From: Pseudomonadota bacterium | GTDB lineage: Bacteria > Myxococcota_A > UBA9042 > GCA-2863065 | Direction of reading: 5' to 3' | DNA length: 64,000 bases | NCBI GenBank assembly: GCA_005776585.1 | Contig: SXOX01000036.1 | Span: forward strand, 1,176 to 65,175 | Program-made: the position numbers and the translations under genes | The notes under the pieces: model-generated | The model's input: the letters and a program-made list of their open reading frames with translations, nothing else | What the model was told of the DNA's origin: nothing | Database searches by the model: none | Shown here: positions 20,801-29,800 of the stretch, piece by piece | How positions within the stretch are numbered: position 1 is the first letter of the stretch | Layout: each line of letters opens with the position of its first letter

Positions 20801-20838
20801 TCGACATCACCGAAAAGGCGCACGAGCGAATCCTCTAA
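17824..20838 (+). CDS. Baseplate J-like assembly protein (Afp11/Pvc11-like)
   Basis: PSPNLDDRRY, WTNFNKADPGITL, three WEYWNG-type modules, FGDGVRG, RAVTREDFE and GWPFGR. Confidence 0.95.
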   Translation: MIPSPNLDDRRYDDIVDEAIRLIPQYCPDWTNFNKADPGITLVHLFAWMTELVIYRLNKVPEKNYLSFLDMMGIQRQPPQPARTVLTFTISEKADSTLVPAGTQIATHPTGDRKETLFETETDLTVVNNKLSRVVSQYHDQYADITSYLETNEAFEVFEGVRSVDRYLYIGDDRLENFSEAAILTLTIEVANPGERPFPKMMEWEYWNGERWRELNEAGIDTDPDSIAFAGPGNHEKCVVGEVETFWIRGRLAEVPKSYDETEVHKLTGRIEVLGDGIDPELMYFSPAPDAYLILDSDRNFKLFGDEPHIDTFLYIASDEIFRQPKTRVKVEVMLTDPSIVEKPAPSADLVLEWQYYNGKRWRTLGKMGPGYEPPKGKSKADENPYDFKDETVAFSQNGALSFNRPEDMQAVEVNGHEQLWIRCQVIKGGYGAKGTYELVEDRWVYQNEFPLKPPSLKALTLKFAEEKQGFGQVWTYNDFMYVDESKMAATQKPFRAFQPVPEENPTLYLGFDNPFPHEPIQIFFNVVDPTTVVRGRRRAKVFVGSEEQDKYVEQTIVWEYWNGKEWAPLLPKDGTDNFQAAGFLEFVGPKVHRKARRYGDNLHWIRARLAFGGYDEPPICDGIRLNTVYASNYQTIPEFVLGASQGTPNQFFGFTRGQLLPGQHIAVIEQEKPSDDDLERLIAEEGPDAIRELPEHGGWLVRWHEVESFYESLPRSRHYMKEVSNGEIRFGDGVRGMVPPKGERNIVAVRCRVGGGFEGNVPAGAIEVLQSTIPFIETVTNPYAAMGGADLETIDEIKLRGPHVLKSTGRAVTREDFEWLAVQSSNSVARVNCIPAHKSEGQVTVVVVPKMAENHPDFVRSKALPSTELLRRVRQYLGERKLLTTVLHVVKPRYREFSAKIEIMRRTSGSSDRIKREIDERLRRFLHPLRGGKQRRGWPFGRNVFKVDLFHVVEEVDGVDFVSAVRIIDEDTKSDVDQVRIDEDELPFLVNIDITEKAHERIL

Positions 20839-21744
20839 ATGCAAGAGCGCGAGCGCAAAAAGCTCAGAATGCCCGAGGTCGTCGGGCTCCGCGAAGAGGA
20901 CGCGCAGGCCCTGCTCCGCAACATGGGCTTTGCGCCCGCGCGGATCCGGTTCGTGGATGCGTACGAGGACGTCGGGACCATCGTGCAGCAAGCGCCGCTC
21001 AAGGGGCAGCTCGCGGACTCACACGGTCCGCTCATGCTCACCGTGTGTCGGCGCAGCTACATGCGGCTCCTGCCGCAGATCTATCAAGTCGACGCGTCCA
21101 CGGGGAACCCGTTTCTCCGGGAGTACCTCTGGATCTTTCAGCACCTCGTCGAGTCGGTCACCAAGAAGATCGACGGGATGTACAAGTACTTCCACCCGCT
21201 GGAGTGCCCGCCGGATTTTCTGCCGTGGCTGGCGTCCTGGGTGGCGCTTACCATCGACACAGACTGGCCCGAGATCAAGAAGCGCACCTTGATTCGGCGC
21301 GCTGCGCACCTCTACCGGAACCGCGGCACGCGGCGCGCGATGATCGAGATCCTCGACATCTTCGTCGGCAAGCGCCCCAAGATCATCGAGAACAAGTGGC
21401 CGTACACGGGCTTCCGCATGGGGGTCACTTCCGCCATCGGCGAGGACACCATCGTGCTCCCGCCGATCAACCTGGATCACTGCTTCATCGTCCAACTCCC
21501 CATCCCGCCGGAAGACGTGACGGAGGAGATGGTGGTCAAGATTCACAACATCATCAACCACGAGAAGCCGAGCCACACGACCTACTTCCTCCAGTTCAAG
21601 AGCGAAGTGGCCAAGGCGAAGCCGCAGGTGTTCATGCAGATCGGCGCCGTGTCGACCATCGGCTTGACCGAGCTTCGCTACGACGCGGAGCCGGTCATCG
21701 ACGAGCCCACCGGCGACAAGACCGAGTCGAAGAAGAAGGAGTAA
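20839..21744 (+). CDS. Baseplate wedge protein (P2 gpI-like) with an N-terminal PASTA domain
   Basis: PASTA: MPEVVGLREEDAQALLRNMGF...GTIVQQAPLKG...LTV. Then LLPQIY, FLPWLASWV, LYRNRGT and HEKPSHT. Confidence 0.85.
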   Translation: MQERERKKLRMPEVVGLREEDAQALLRNMGFAPARIRFVDAYEDVGTIVQQAPLKGQLADSHGPLMLTVCRRSYMRLLPQIYQVDASTGNPFLREYLWIFQHLVESVTKKIDGMYKYFHPLECPPDFLPWLASWVALTIDTDWPEIKKRTLIRRAAHLYRNRGTRRAMIEILDIFVGKRPKIIENKWPYTGFRMGVTSAIGEDTIVLPPINLDHCFIVQLPIPPEDVTEEMVVKIHNIINHEKPSHTTYFLQFKSEVAKAKPQVFMQIGAVSTIGLTELRYDAEPVIDEPTGDKTESKKKE

Positions 21745-21747
21745 TCG

Positions 21748-23286
21748 ATGGCCGAGCACGCCCTATCCCCCTTCAAGCGCATCAACTTCTTCCGCGGCTT
21801 CATGACCACGGAGAACGATTGGAACGACGCTGAAAAGTATCACATCGAGAAGCGCAAGCTGCACAACCGGCTGATGCATGCGCCGGGCGTGGTGCCGCAC
21901 CACTACGGCGGCTTCAAGGTGTCCGCGCGTGGCAAGGGCGAGATGGCCGTCGAGGTCGCGCCAGGCTACTCCATCGATGGGCAGGGCAACGACATCGTGC
22001 TCGCCGAGACGGAGATCAAGCTCGTCAACCTGGCCGACTTCAAGCTCCCGAACACGGTCTTCATCGTGTGCAAGTTCATCGAGGAGTTCACGGACTTCAT
22101 CGCCTACAAGGAGAACCTGGAGTTCAAGGGCCACCGGCGTGTGGCCGAGCGTTGCCGCATCGACATCGAGGTGACCGAGCCCGACATCCTCAAGGAGATC
22201 GAGATCGCCCGCATCTATCTCGACAACACGGTGCGCAAAATCGTCGAGCCCAAGGACCCGCTCAATCCGCGTCCGGGCGAGATCGACCGCCGCTTCGTGC
22301 CGATCGCGGGCTACGTGGGGTCCAACCTCGCGCCCAAGACCGTGCGCGACGTCATGGATCTGCTCGGCGAGAGCAAGAAGGCCTACGGCTACCTCTTCCA
22401 CGACCTCAAGATCCTCACGGCGTCGGACGTACTGCACGCGCTCATGTCGCTCGAGATGCTCCTGCGCTCGAACAACCTGGACCGCGACGCGCTGCTCGAC
22501 CTCTGGAACATGATCTTCGATCTCCAGGGCGAGATGGTGCAGGACGTCGACAAGAACCACCCGCAGCAGAGCGGTCGCAAGGAGTTCGGGGCGTTCAAGA
22601 AGAACATCGAGATCATCCGTGGCATGGCCAAAGAGGGCGCCAAGGATCTCGACTTCCTCGTCAACACGATTGGCTACCAGCGCAAGTCGTGCGAGTCGCT
22701 GCTGCCGCTGTATCAGCACAAGATCGCGGACGCCAAGTCCAGCGGCGGCGAGCTGGCCTCGACCGACAAGGTGCTGGAGGCCATCAAGACGCGCAGCTCA
22801 GAGTTTGGTCCGGTGCTCGAGCTCGAGGGCGTCACCTTCAAGCGGGTGGACACCATCGACGTCATCGACCCCAAGAGCGAAGAGGACCACAAGCTGGTCA
22901 TCGAGCAGGCCCGCGACAAGTACCGCACCCGCCAGAAGCTCAAGTACCCCGATGGCGTGACCATCGAGGACGTCGGCATGGCGTACGAGGGCGGCTACTG
23001 CGAGTTCGAGATCACGGGCGTGCAGGTCAAGAAGGACGTCGTGCTCGTCACGCGCATGGACTACGTCCACGGCGACTTCGAGCTCGAGGTCTACGTGAAT
23101 GGCAAGAAGGTCGGCAACTGCGTCTGCCCCGGCCAGGACCGGCGCTTCCGGTGGCGCAACTGGCCCTTTGTCATTCCGGCGGAGTACGTCAACGAGCCGC
23201 ACCTCAAGATCAAGCAGGTCCCCATCACGGCGGGCCGCGACGTGAACATGTTCAAGATCTGGGCGTACCAGCAGACCTCGATGTAG
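21748..23286 (+). CDS. Fibre-like / baseplate-attached protein with a C-terminal putative carbohydrate-binding jelly-roll
   Basis: The N-terminus KRINFFRG...YHIEKRKLHNR...VAPGYSIDGQGNDIVL is typical of CIS fibre-anchor domains. Helical middle region; beta-rich C-terminus (LEVYVNGKKVG...WRNWPFVIP). Confidence 0.65.
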   Translation: MAEHALSPFKRINFFRGFMTTENDWNDAEKYHIEKRKLHNRLMHAPGVVPHHYGGFKVSARGKGEMAVEVAPGYSIDGQGNDIVLAETEIKLVNLADFKLPNTVFIVCKFIEEFTDFIAYKENLEFKGHRRVAERCRIDIEVTEPDILKEIEIARIYLDNTVRKIVEPKDPLNPRPGEIDRRFVPIAGYVGSNLAPKTVRDVMDLLGESKKAYGYLFHDLKILTASDVLHALMSLEMLLRSNNLDRDALLDLWNMIFDLQGEMVQDVDKNHPQQSGRKEFGAFKKNIEIIRGMAKEGAKDLDFLVNTIGYQRKSCESLLPLYQHKIADAKSSGGELASTDKVLEAIKTRSSEFGPVLELEGVTFKRVDTIDVIDPKSEEDHKLVIEQARDKYRTRQKLKYPDGVTIEDVGMAYEGGYCEFEITGVQVKKDVVLVTRMDYVHGDFELEVYVNGKKVGNCVCPGQDRRFRWRNWPFVIPAEYVNEPHLKIKQVPITAGRDVNMFKIWAYQQTSM

Positions 23287-23404
23287 CCCGCCGAGCGGGG
23301 TCGTCCGTCCCCACATTTAGATCCGCTGCGGACTTGAAACCTCACCGCGAGGCGGCCACACTGGCGATTGCGGCTCCGTCGGGACGGCACCGCCAGGGTG
23401 ATTC

Positions 23405-24073
23405 ATGGTCATGGACTTCTTCAAGGGCCTGGTTCGCGGCCGCGTCGAGGGCGTTCGCGCCGGCGCGCAGGCCAAGGTGTACGGCGCCAAGGCGCGTGCG
23501 CAGAGCAAGGCGGCGAACTCGTTCAACAAGGCCATCGACAAGCCGCTCGAGAAGGCCAAGGAGAAGGCCAAGGAAGCCGCCAAGAAGGGCAAGGACAAGG
23601 ACGACAAGTCCAAGGACAAAGACAAGGACAAGGGGGAGGAGAAGGTGGGCTGGTTCTCATCGAAGAAGAAAGAGGAGAGCAAGGGCTCGGCCCGCCAGGC
23701 CCAGAAGCCCGACTTCGAGCCCGGTGACAAGACGCAGGCCATCGACATCAGCGGACTGACGGACGAGCGTTCGACGGACGTGGTGGGGTGGGTCGTCGCC
23801 TTGAACGGGCCCTTGAAGGGGAAGGACTTTCGCCTCGTCACGGGGCGCAACTTCATCGGCACGGCCGCCGACTGCGAGGTCGTGCTTTACGACCCCTACC
23901 TGTCGACGAAGCACTCGGTCATCCGTCACGAGAACGGCGAGTTTCAGCTCATCGATCTCGACTCCACCAACGGCAGCTTCGTCAACGATCGGCGCATCAC
24001 CAAGACGGAGCTCATCGACAACGACAAGATCCGCATCGGCCGCACCGAGATGAAGTTCAAGTCGCTATTCTAG
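23405..24073 (+). CDS. FHA domain protein with a Lys-rich N-terminal region
   Basis: GWVVALNG..KG.DFRL, then FIG, LSTKH, DLDSTNGSFVN and DKIRIG. Confidence 0.9.
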   Translation: MVMDFFKGLVRGRVEGVRAGAQAKVYGAKARAQSKAANSFNKAIDKPLEKAKEKAKEAAKKGKDKDDKSKDKDKDKGEEKVGWFSSKKKEESKGSARQAQKPDFEPGDKTQAIDISGLTDERSTDVVGWVVALNGPLKGKDFRLVTGRNFIGTAADCEVVLYDPYLSTKHSVIRHENGEFQLIDLDSTNGSFVNDRRITKTELIDNDKIRIGRTEMKFKSLF

Positions 24074-24096
24074 GCTCCGCCGCATCCCACGTTCTC

Positions 24097-26172
24097 GTGC
24101 ATCCGCCGCTGGCGGATCCCACACAGCCGTACGTGAGCCTGCCAACGCTCAAGGGCTGGCTGGCAGCGCGCGGGGTGGACGTCACCGTCGTCGATCTCAA
24201 CCTCGAGGCCGCGCACTGGCTGCTGCGCGAGGACACGCTGAGCGCCTTGGCGGAACGCGTCGGACGCCGTTTTTTGGCGCTCGATGGTCAGCCCTCCCTG
24301 GACTTCGAGGGGCAGCGCGAGTGGCTGGCGCTGCACGACGCCCGGCGCGCGGCCGGGCAACTCCTGGCCTGTGACCCGCCTCCAGTCGCCGTGTTTCAGT
24401 CACCCGAGCGGTTCTATGAGCCTGTGGCCTACAGCCACGCCCGACTGCGGGTCGATGCCGCCTTCACCGCGCTCTCTGCCGCGTACTACCCCTACCGCTA
24501 CGGGTTCAATGTCGTCGCGCACGCGCTCTTGCCCTGGAGCTTCGACGCGCTGGCCCGCTATGCGACAGGCGAGCACTCGCCCTTCTCCAAGCTGTACGCG
24601 ACATGGGCGCGCAGGTTGGCGGAGGACGTGCGGCTCGTGGGCCTCTCCGTCGTGTTTCCGTCGCAGCTCCCCGAGGCGTTGGCCCTGGCGCACGCGGTCC
24701 GCCGGCATCGACCGCGCGCGCTGCTCGTGCTCGGTGGCCCAGCGATTCACCAGATCGTCACGCACCTGCCCGAGGCGCTCAAGCGGCGCCTCCTCACCGA
24801 GCACGCCGATGGAATCGGGCTTTACGAGGGCGAGGCGACGGTGCAGGCGCTGGCGCAGCGTGCCGAGGCCTGGACCGCGGCCCAGGACGCGCCGGCACGC
24901 CACGCGCTGCTGTCGGAGGTGCCCAACCTGCTCTCGTGCGCCCCCGACGGCGCGCTCGTGATGGGTCCGCGCTTCACGCTCGACCTGCGGGACGTCCCCG
25001 CCCCCGACTTCAGCGACCTGGACCTCGATCGGTATTGGGCGCCCAGTCGCACGCTCCTCTACGCGCCGACGCGCGGCTGTTATTGGGGCCGCTGCTCGTT
25101 TTGTTACTACGGTCTGGCCGACACAACGACGGCGAGCTACCGCGAGGTGCCGCCCGAGCGCGCCGCCGAACAGCTCGAGGCGCTCCAGGCCACCACCGGG
25201 GCCCAGCACGTCTACCTCTCGTGCGACGTGCTCTCGCCACGCTATGCGGTCCGCCTCGCGCAGGCACTCCTCGACCGCGGCGTGACGCTCACGTGGTCGA
25301 GCGATCTCAAGATTGAGCGCTACTACACGGCGGAGCGCGCGCGGCTCCTGGCTCGCGCAGGGCTGCGTGCGGCGGCCTTCGGCATCGAGTCGGGCAGCGA
25401 CCGCATCCTCGCGCTCATCGACAAGGGCACCGACCGCGCCACGATGACCGAGGTCAATCGGCTCTTCCACGAGGCCGGCATCGCCACCGAATGGATGACG
25501 TTTACCGACCACCCGGGCGAGTCGGCGGACGAAGCGCTCGACACCGTCAGCTGGATCGCCGAGCAGCGCGCCCTGGTGGACCTGTTCATCGTCGGAAAGT
25601 TCGGTCTGGAGTCCGGCTCGCTCATCGCACAGTCGCCGGAACGCTTCGGTATCGAGCAGGTCTACTACGCCTCAGGCGACGAGCTGCGGCTCTATGCGCT
25701 CTTTCGACCCGCGGGGGGGCCACGGACGGCAGACGACGAAGCGCGGGTCGAGCAGGCCATTGCCGAGGTCGGGCGGGCGTTTGCGCTGCATCCGTATCCG
25801 TGGGCCGGCGCAAACTCGACGCACCACACGCTGCTCCATTTCGTCCGGTTTGGGCAGGACGCCTTCAAGACGCACTTCCAATTGGCCGGCGCGCTGGCTC
25901 GCGAGCTGCCCCGCGCCCCGCGCAGCGCGGTCGAGGGCTTGCGCCACACGCCGCGGTACGACGTCGCGACCGTGCGGAGTCAGGTCGAGGAGTTCCTGGC
26001 CGGCTACCTCGTGAGCGCGCTCTACACGACGCTGCCAGGTCGACGCCTCGGCAAGGACGACACGGCGTTCGCGCCGCTCTCGGAGTCGGACTACGCGAAG
26101 GCCATCGCCACGGTACCGGCGCTGGAGCCGCGCAGCCTCAGGGGGTCGCGCACGCGGGGCCCGCGGCGATGA
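24097..26172 (+). CDS. B12-binding radical SAM protein
   Basis: HPPLADPTQPYVSLPTL, VGLSV, LVLGG, TRGCYWGRCSFC (CxxxCxxC) and GIESGSDRIL. Start uncertain; homology begins at about 24075-24097. Confidence 0.88.
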   Translation: MHPPLADPTQPYVSLPTLKGWLAARGVDVTVVDLNLEAAHWLLREDTLSALAERVGRRFLALDGQPSLDFEGQREWLALHDARRAAGQLLACDPPPVAVFQSPERFYEPVAYSHARLRVDAAFTALSAAYYPYRYGFNVVAHALLPWSFDALARYATGEHSPFSKLYATWARRLAEDVRLVGLSVVFPSQLPEALALAHAVRRHRPRALLVLGGPAIHQIVTHLPEALKRRLLTEHADGIGLYEGEATVQALAQRAEAWTAAQDAPARHALLSEVPNLLSCAPDGALVMGPRFTLDLRDVPAPDFSDLDLDRYWAPSRTLLYAPTRGCYWGRCSFCYYGLADTTTASYREVPPERAAEQLEALQATTGAQHVYLSCDVLSPRYAVRLAQALLDRGVTLTWSSDLKIERYYTAERARLLARAGLRAAAFGIESGSDRILALIDKGTDRATMTEVNRLFHEAGIATEWMTFTDHPGESADEALDTVSWIAEQRALVDLFIVGKFGLESGSLIAQSPERFGIEQVYYASGDELRLYALFRPAGGPRTADDEARVEQAIAEVGRAFALHPYPWAGANSTHHTLLHFVRFGQDAFKTHFQLAGALARELPRAPRSAVEGLRHTPRYDVATVRSQVEEFLAGYLVSALYTTLPGRRLGKDDTAFAPLSESDYAKAIATVPALEPRSLRGSRTRGPRR

Positions 26173-26869
26173 GCGTCGCCTGGGCCGTCGTCGCTGCGCC
26201 GTTGGCGGTCGCGGTCACCGTGACCACGTAGGTCCCCGGGGCGAGCGGCGTGACGACCGCAGAGCCGCCTTGAGCGCTCACCGTCGCAGACCCGCCCGGC
26301 GGCGCCGTGACCGAGAACTGAACGAGCACGACATCTCCATCCGGGTCGTGCGCGGTCGGGACGATGAGGACGGACGTACAGGTGCCGACCGCGTTGCTCG
26401 GGTTGAACGCCACGGCGTCGATGATGGGCGCCTCGTCGATGACCGTCACGACGTCGACGGCGCCAGCGGTCGCAGCACATCGAATGACCAGGGTGGCCTC
26501 GGTCGTCAGCTCCGCGGTGACGTTCACTGTGGCCTCGGCGGGCTGACAACGCGAGGACACCTCCGACGGGGAGCGCATCGGGAACACCGTGACGACACAG
26601 ACTCCGGCGGGGACAATCGCGAAGCGATCGGCGAACGGACGCCCCGCGAGAGTCGCGTCGACCTCGCGTGGGAGCCCCTCGGCTTCGAGCGCGACATAGA
26701 TCGGCTCCTGCTCCACGCCACCGCACGTCACCGCGTAGAGCACGCCGGTGATCTCCGATGGCACGCTGCCGTGGAGCGCGAGCCGCACCGTCCCGATTGC
26801 GGTCTCCGGCGGCTCCGCGCAGGCGAGGCAGACGAGCGCGCAGAGCCCAGTGACAAACGCGCGGCTCAC
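26138..26869 (-). CDS. Lipoprotein, paralogue of the N-terminal part of the adjacent giant protein
   Basis: Lipobox LAC. YVALEAEGLP...AGRPFADRF is shared with 26866-30714. Ig-like C-terminal part (AHDPDGD). Confidence 0.75.
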   Translation of the reverse strand: MSRAFVTGLCALVCLACAEPPETAIGTVRLALHGSVPSEITGVLYAVTCGGVEQEPIYVALEAEGLPREVDATLAGRPFADRFAIVPAGVCVVTVFPMRSPSEVSSRCQPAEATVNVTAELTTEATLVIRCAATAGAVDVVTVIDEAPIIDAVAFNPSNAVGTCTSVLIVPTAHDPDGDVVLVQFSVTAPPGGSATVSAQGGSAVVTPLAPGTYVVTVTATANGAATTAQATLIAAGPACATP

Positions 26870-29800
26870 GGCTTGTACTTGACGCTCACGTTGTTCAACG
26901 TGGGTTCATTCCCGGCGATGGTCGACTTCAGCAGCGCCTTGAGCCGCAGCTTCTGCCCGACGACGCCCTGCATCGTGGCGCCATTGGCCGCGACGAGCCA
27001 TGTCACGCCGCCGTCGAGTGAGTAATAGACCGTGATACTGCTGCCCGGTGGAGTGGTGAACGTCCAGGTGATGCTCTGCCATGTGGTCGTCGCGCTCCCG
27101 CCGTCGATCTCGGCGGAGGTCCAAGAGTCTGTGGCGGCCAGCCCACAGATGTTGAGCACGCCGGTCTGGTCTCCGCTGTAGGCATAGGGGTTCTGCAGGA
27201 CCGCGGAGCCAAACGGCGTTTGTTGCAGGGCGGGCGTGAGTTTGGTCACCAGGCTGGCGGTGTTCGAGATGGCGTAGAGGTTGTTCGCGGCGTCCAGCGT
27301 CAACCCGTGGACGTCGCCGCCGATGGAGCCGTCGGTAAAGAGCTTCGTCGCCGTCTGGGTGGCCGGCACGTGCTTGAAGACGGTGGCGCTGTTCGCCGCA
27401 TACACGTTGCCGTCCAATCCGACCTGGACTCCGAGCAAGAACGTCGACTCCGTCTGCGTCAGGGGGAGCGAGAAGTCCTGGACGCCATCGCTCGTCCGCA
27501 ACCGGCGCAGCTGGTTCCCCGTGATCCACACGGACCCCTTGCGGTCGGTCGCGATCCCGTACGGGTTCGAGTAGGGCTTGCGCCACGCGACCGTCATGTC
27601 GGCAGCGCCGCCCAGCGTGATCTTGGCGACGTGACCGGTGCTGCTCCCGGTGGCGTAGAGGCCGTCCTTGTCGACGGCCAGCCCGTAGACGGTGAGAAAC
27701 TGACTGTTGCTCGAGGCATCGACGAACTTCAGGACGTCGCCGGTCGCGGCGTCGAGCTCCCAGATCCGTCCGAGGGTCCCATTGCTACCGGTCTCGCAGC
27801 CTGCGAACAGGCGTCCAGCGCCGTTCATGGCGATGCCCTTGGTCGCGTTGCATCCGGCAAACGCGCGCTTCCACAGCACGACGCCGTCGCGCGTGTGCTT
27901 GACGACCGAACCTTCGCCCCGACAGGTCGCGTACACGTCCGTGTTCTGGTCCATCATCACGCGGCTCGGGCTGGCACAGGTCGCAAACGGCGTCGTCGGG
28001 AGCGGCTGCAGGTTGTCGAGCCGAAAGACGGCGAGCTTGTTGGCGCCAGAGGACGGGATCACGAGGTAGGGAGCCGGATCGCAGACACCTCCAGGCTTGA
28101 GCTTGTGGTTGGCGTTGAACTGCTTGGTCAGCACGGCGCACTGGGTCATGTCCGCGACCACACCGCCCGCCTCGACGCACTGCCAGCCTAGCCGCTTGTC
28201 CGCGACGCCCTTCGGGAAGGTGCAGCAGATGGTCGTGCAGAGCGCCTTGTCCTTCGCGGCTCCTTGCTGCTTGGCGCACGTCGTCTGGGGAAGGACCGCG
28301 GAGGTGCCGTCGGCCGCCGCGCAGCAGACCTTGGGTTCGCACTGGACAGGATCGACGATCATGCCCAGGCCCGCGAGACACTGGTCGTCCTTCTGGGTGA
28401 AGACCTTGCCGCCGGTGGAGCAGCAGACATCTTTGGGGACACAGGCGGCAGCGTCCGCGAAGGTCCCTCCCGCGGCGACACAGTCCTTGTTCTTCTTGAC
28501 GGTGAACGACCCGGCGAGCGCGCAGCAGACGTCCTTGACGACGCAGCCCTCGGCGGCGACCGGCGTGCCCTTGGCCTGCTCACACTTCAGGTTGCTGATT
28601 GTGATGGGAAACCCGTTGCCGACCTTGCAACAGACATCCTTCGGCACGCAGTCCGCGTCCGGCACGACCTGCCCGCCACCCTGCTGGCACGATAGATTCG
28701 TCTGTGTCGCGTGAAGGCCTGCCGTAAAGCAACAGACGGGCTTGAGCTGGCACTGCGTCGGATCGACCTCCGCGCCCCCGCTGAGGTAGCACTCCTGATT
28801 GCTTGTGGTGTTCAGGACCCCGCCGACGGTGCAACAGACCTCATCGAGCGTGCACAGCGCTTGGGGCGTCACCGTGAAGGGTGGAGCCGGGCAGCGAAAC
28901 GTCGGCTGGAGCGAGAAACCTGCTGCCGGATTCAGACAACAGACCGCCGTACACTGCTCGACTGCGAGGATCTGCCCCCCTTGCTTCGTGCACTGTCCCT
29001 CGGGCATCACGGCGCTGTCTCCCGTTGCGAGCACGCAGCAGGACTTGGGAGTGCACAGCGCGCCGTCGACCGGGAGGCCGCCCTTCTCGGCACAGAGGTT
29101 GTCCTTGAGGGTGTAATAGAACGCCGCGACATCGCAGCAGACGTCCTTCGGAAGACACTCGGCGTCCGCGACGATGACTCCGCCCGTCGTCACACACACG
29201 TCGTCTGCGGAGAACACGTACTTGCCGCCCGTATGGCAGCAGATCTCCTTGGGCACGCATTGGTCGAGTGGAACGACCTTACCGCCACCAGCGACGCACG
29301 CGTCGTCCTTCATCGCGACGTGCGCGCCCGTGAGTGCGCAGCAGACGTCCTTCGGAAGACAGTCCGGCGGGTCCGCCGGAGTTCCTCCACCGACCTTGCA
29401 GGTGTTGGGCTCGAGCGTCAGGTGCTTGCCGTCAACCGCGCAGCAGATGGGCGTCGGCTGACATAGGGACGCCTCGGCCGCAAAACCGCCGGCCGCGAAG
29501 CACAGGTTCGACAACTCCAGGACAAAGCCCGTCGGCAGCTCGCAGCAGAGCTCCTTCGGGTCGCAATACAGCGGATCGGCGGCGTGGAAGAGCGGACAGC
29601 TGACCGCAGGCACATAGCCGTACTCGCCGCCGAACAAGGCATCCTTGGCGCAACACGTGGGAGTCTGGCAGACCTCGTAAGGGATGACTTTTCCCTTGAA
29701 GCTGGCGCACACGGCGTCGTTTTGCACGACAGAGAGCTCCCCGAACTTTCCCGTACGACAGCACGTCTTGGGCTCCGGAGCGAAGCACGCATCGAGCGCC

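Noticed and set aside
19189-23759. Long alternative-frame and antisense ORFs (e.g. 19521-21833, 22068-23759; likewise 58193-61522, 50526-52823, 30548-32230)
   Set aside because: These are shadow ORFs expected from high GC3 codon bias. They overlap well-supported genes and have no motifs.
23788-24073. FHA / radical SAM overlap as a real 794-aa protein or a frameshift fusion
   Set aside because: The first ~95 aa are an off-frame read of the FHA gene, and I saw no slippery site.
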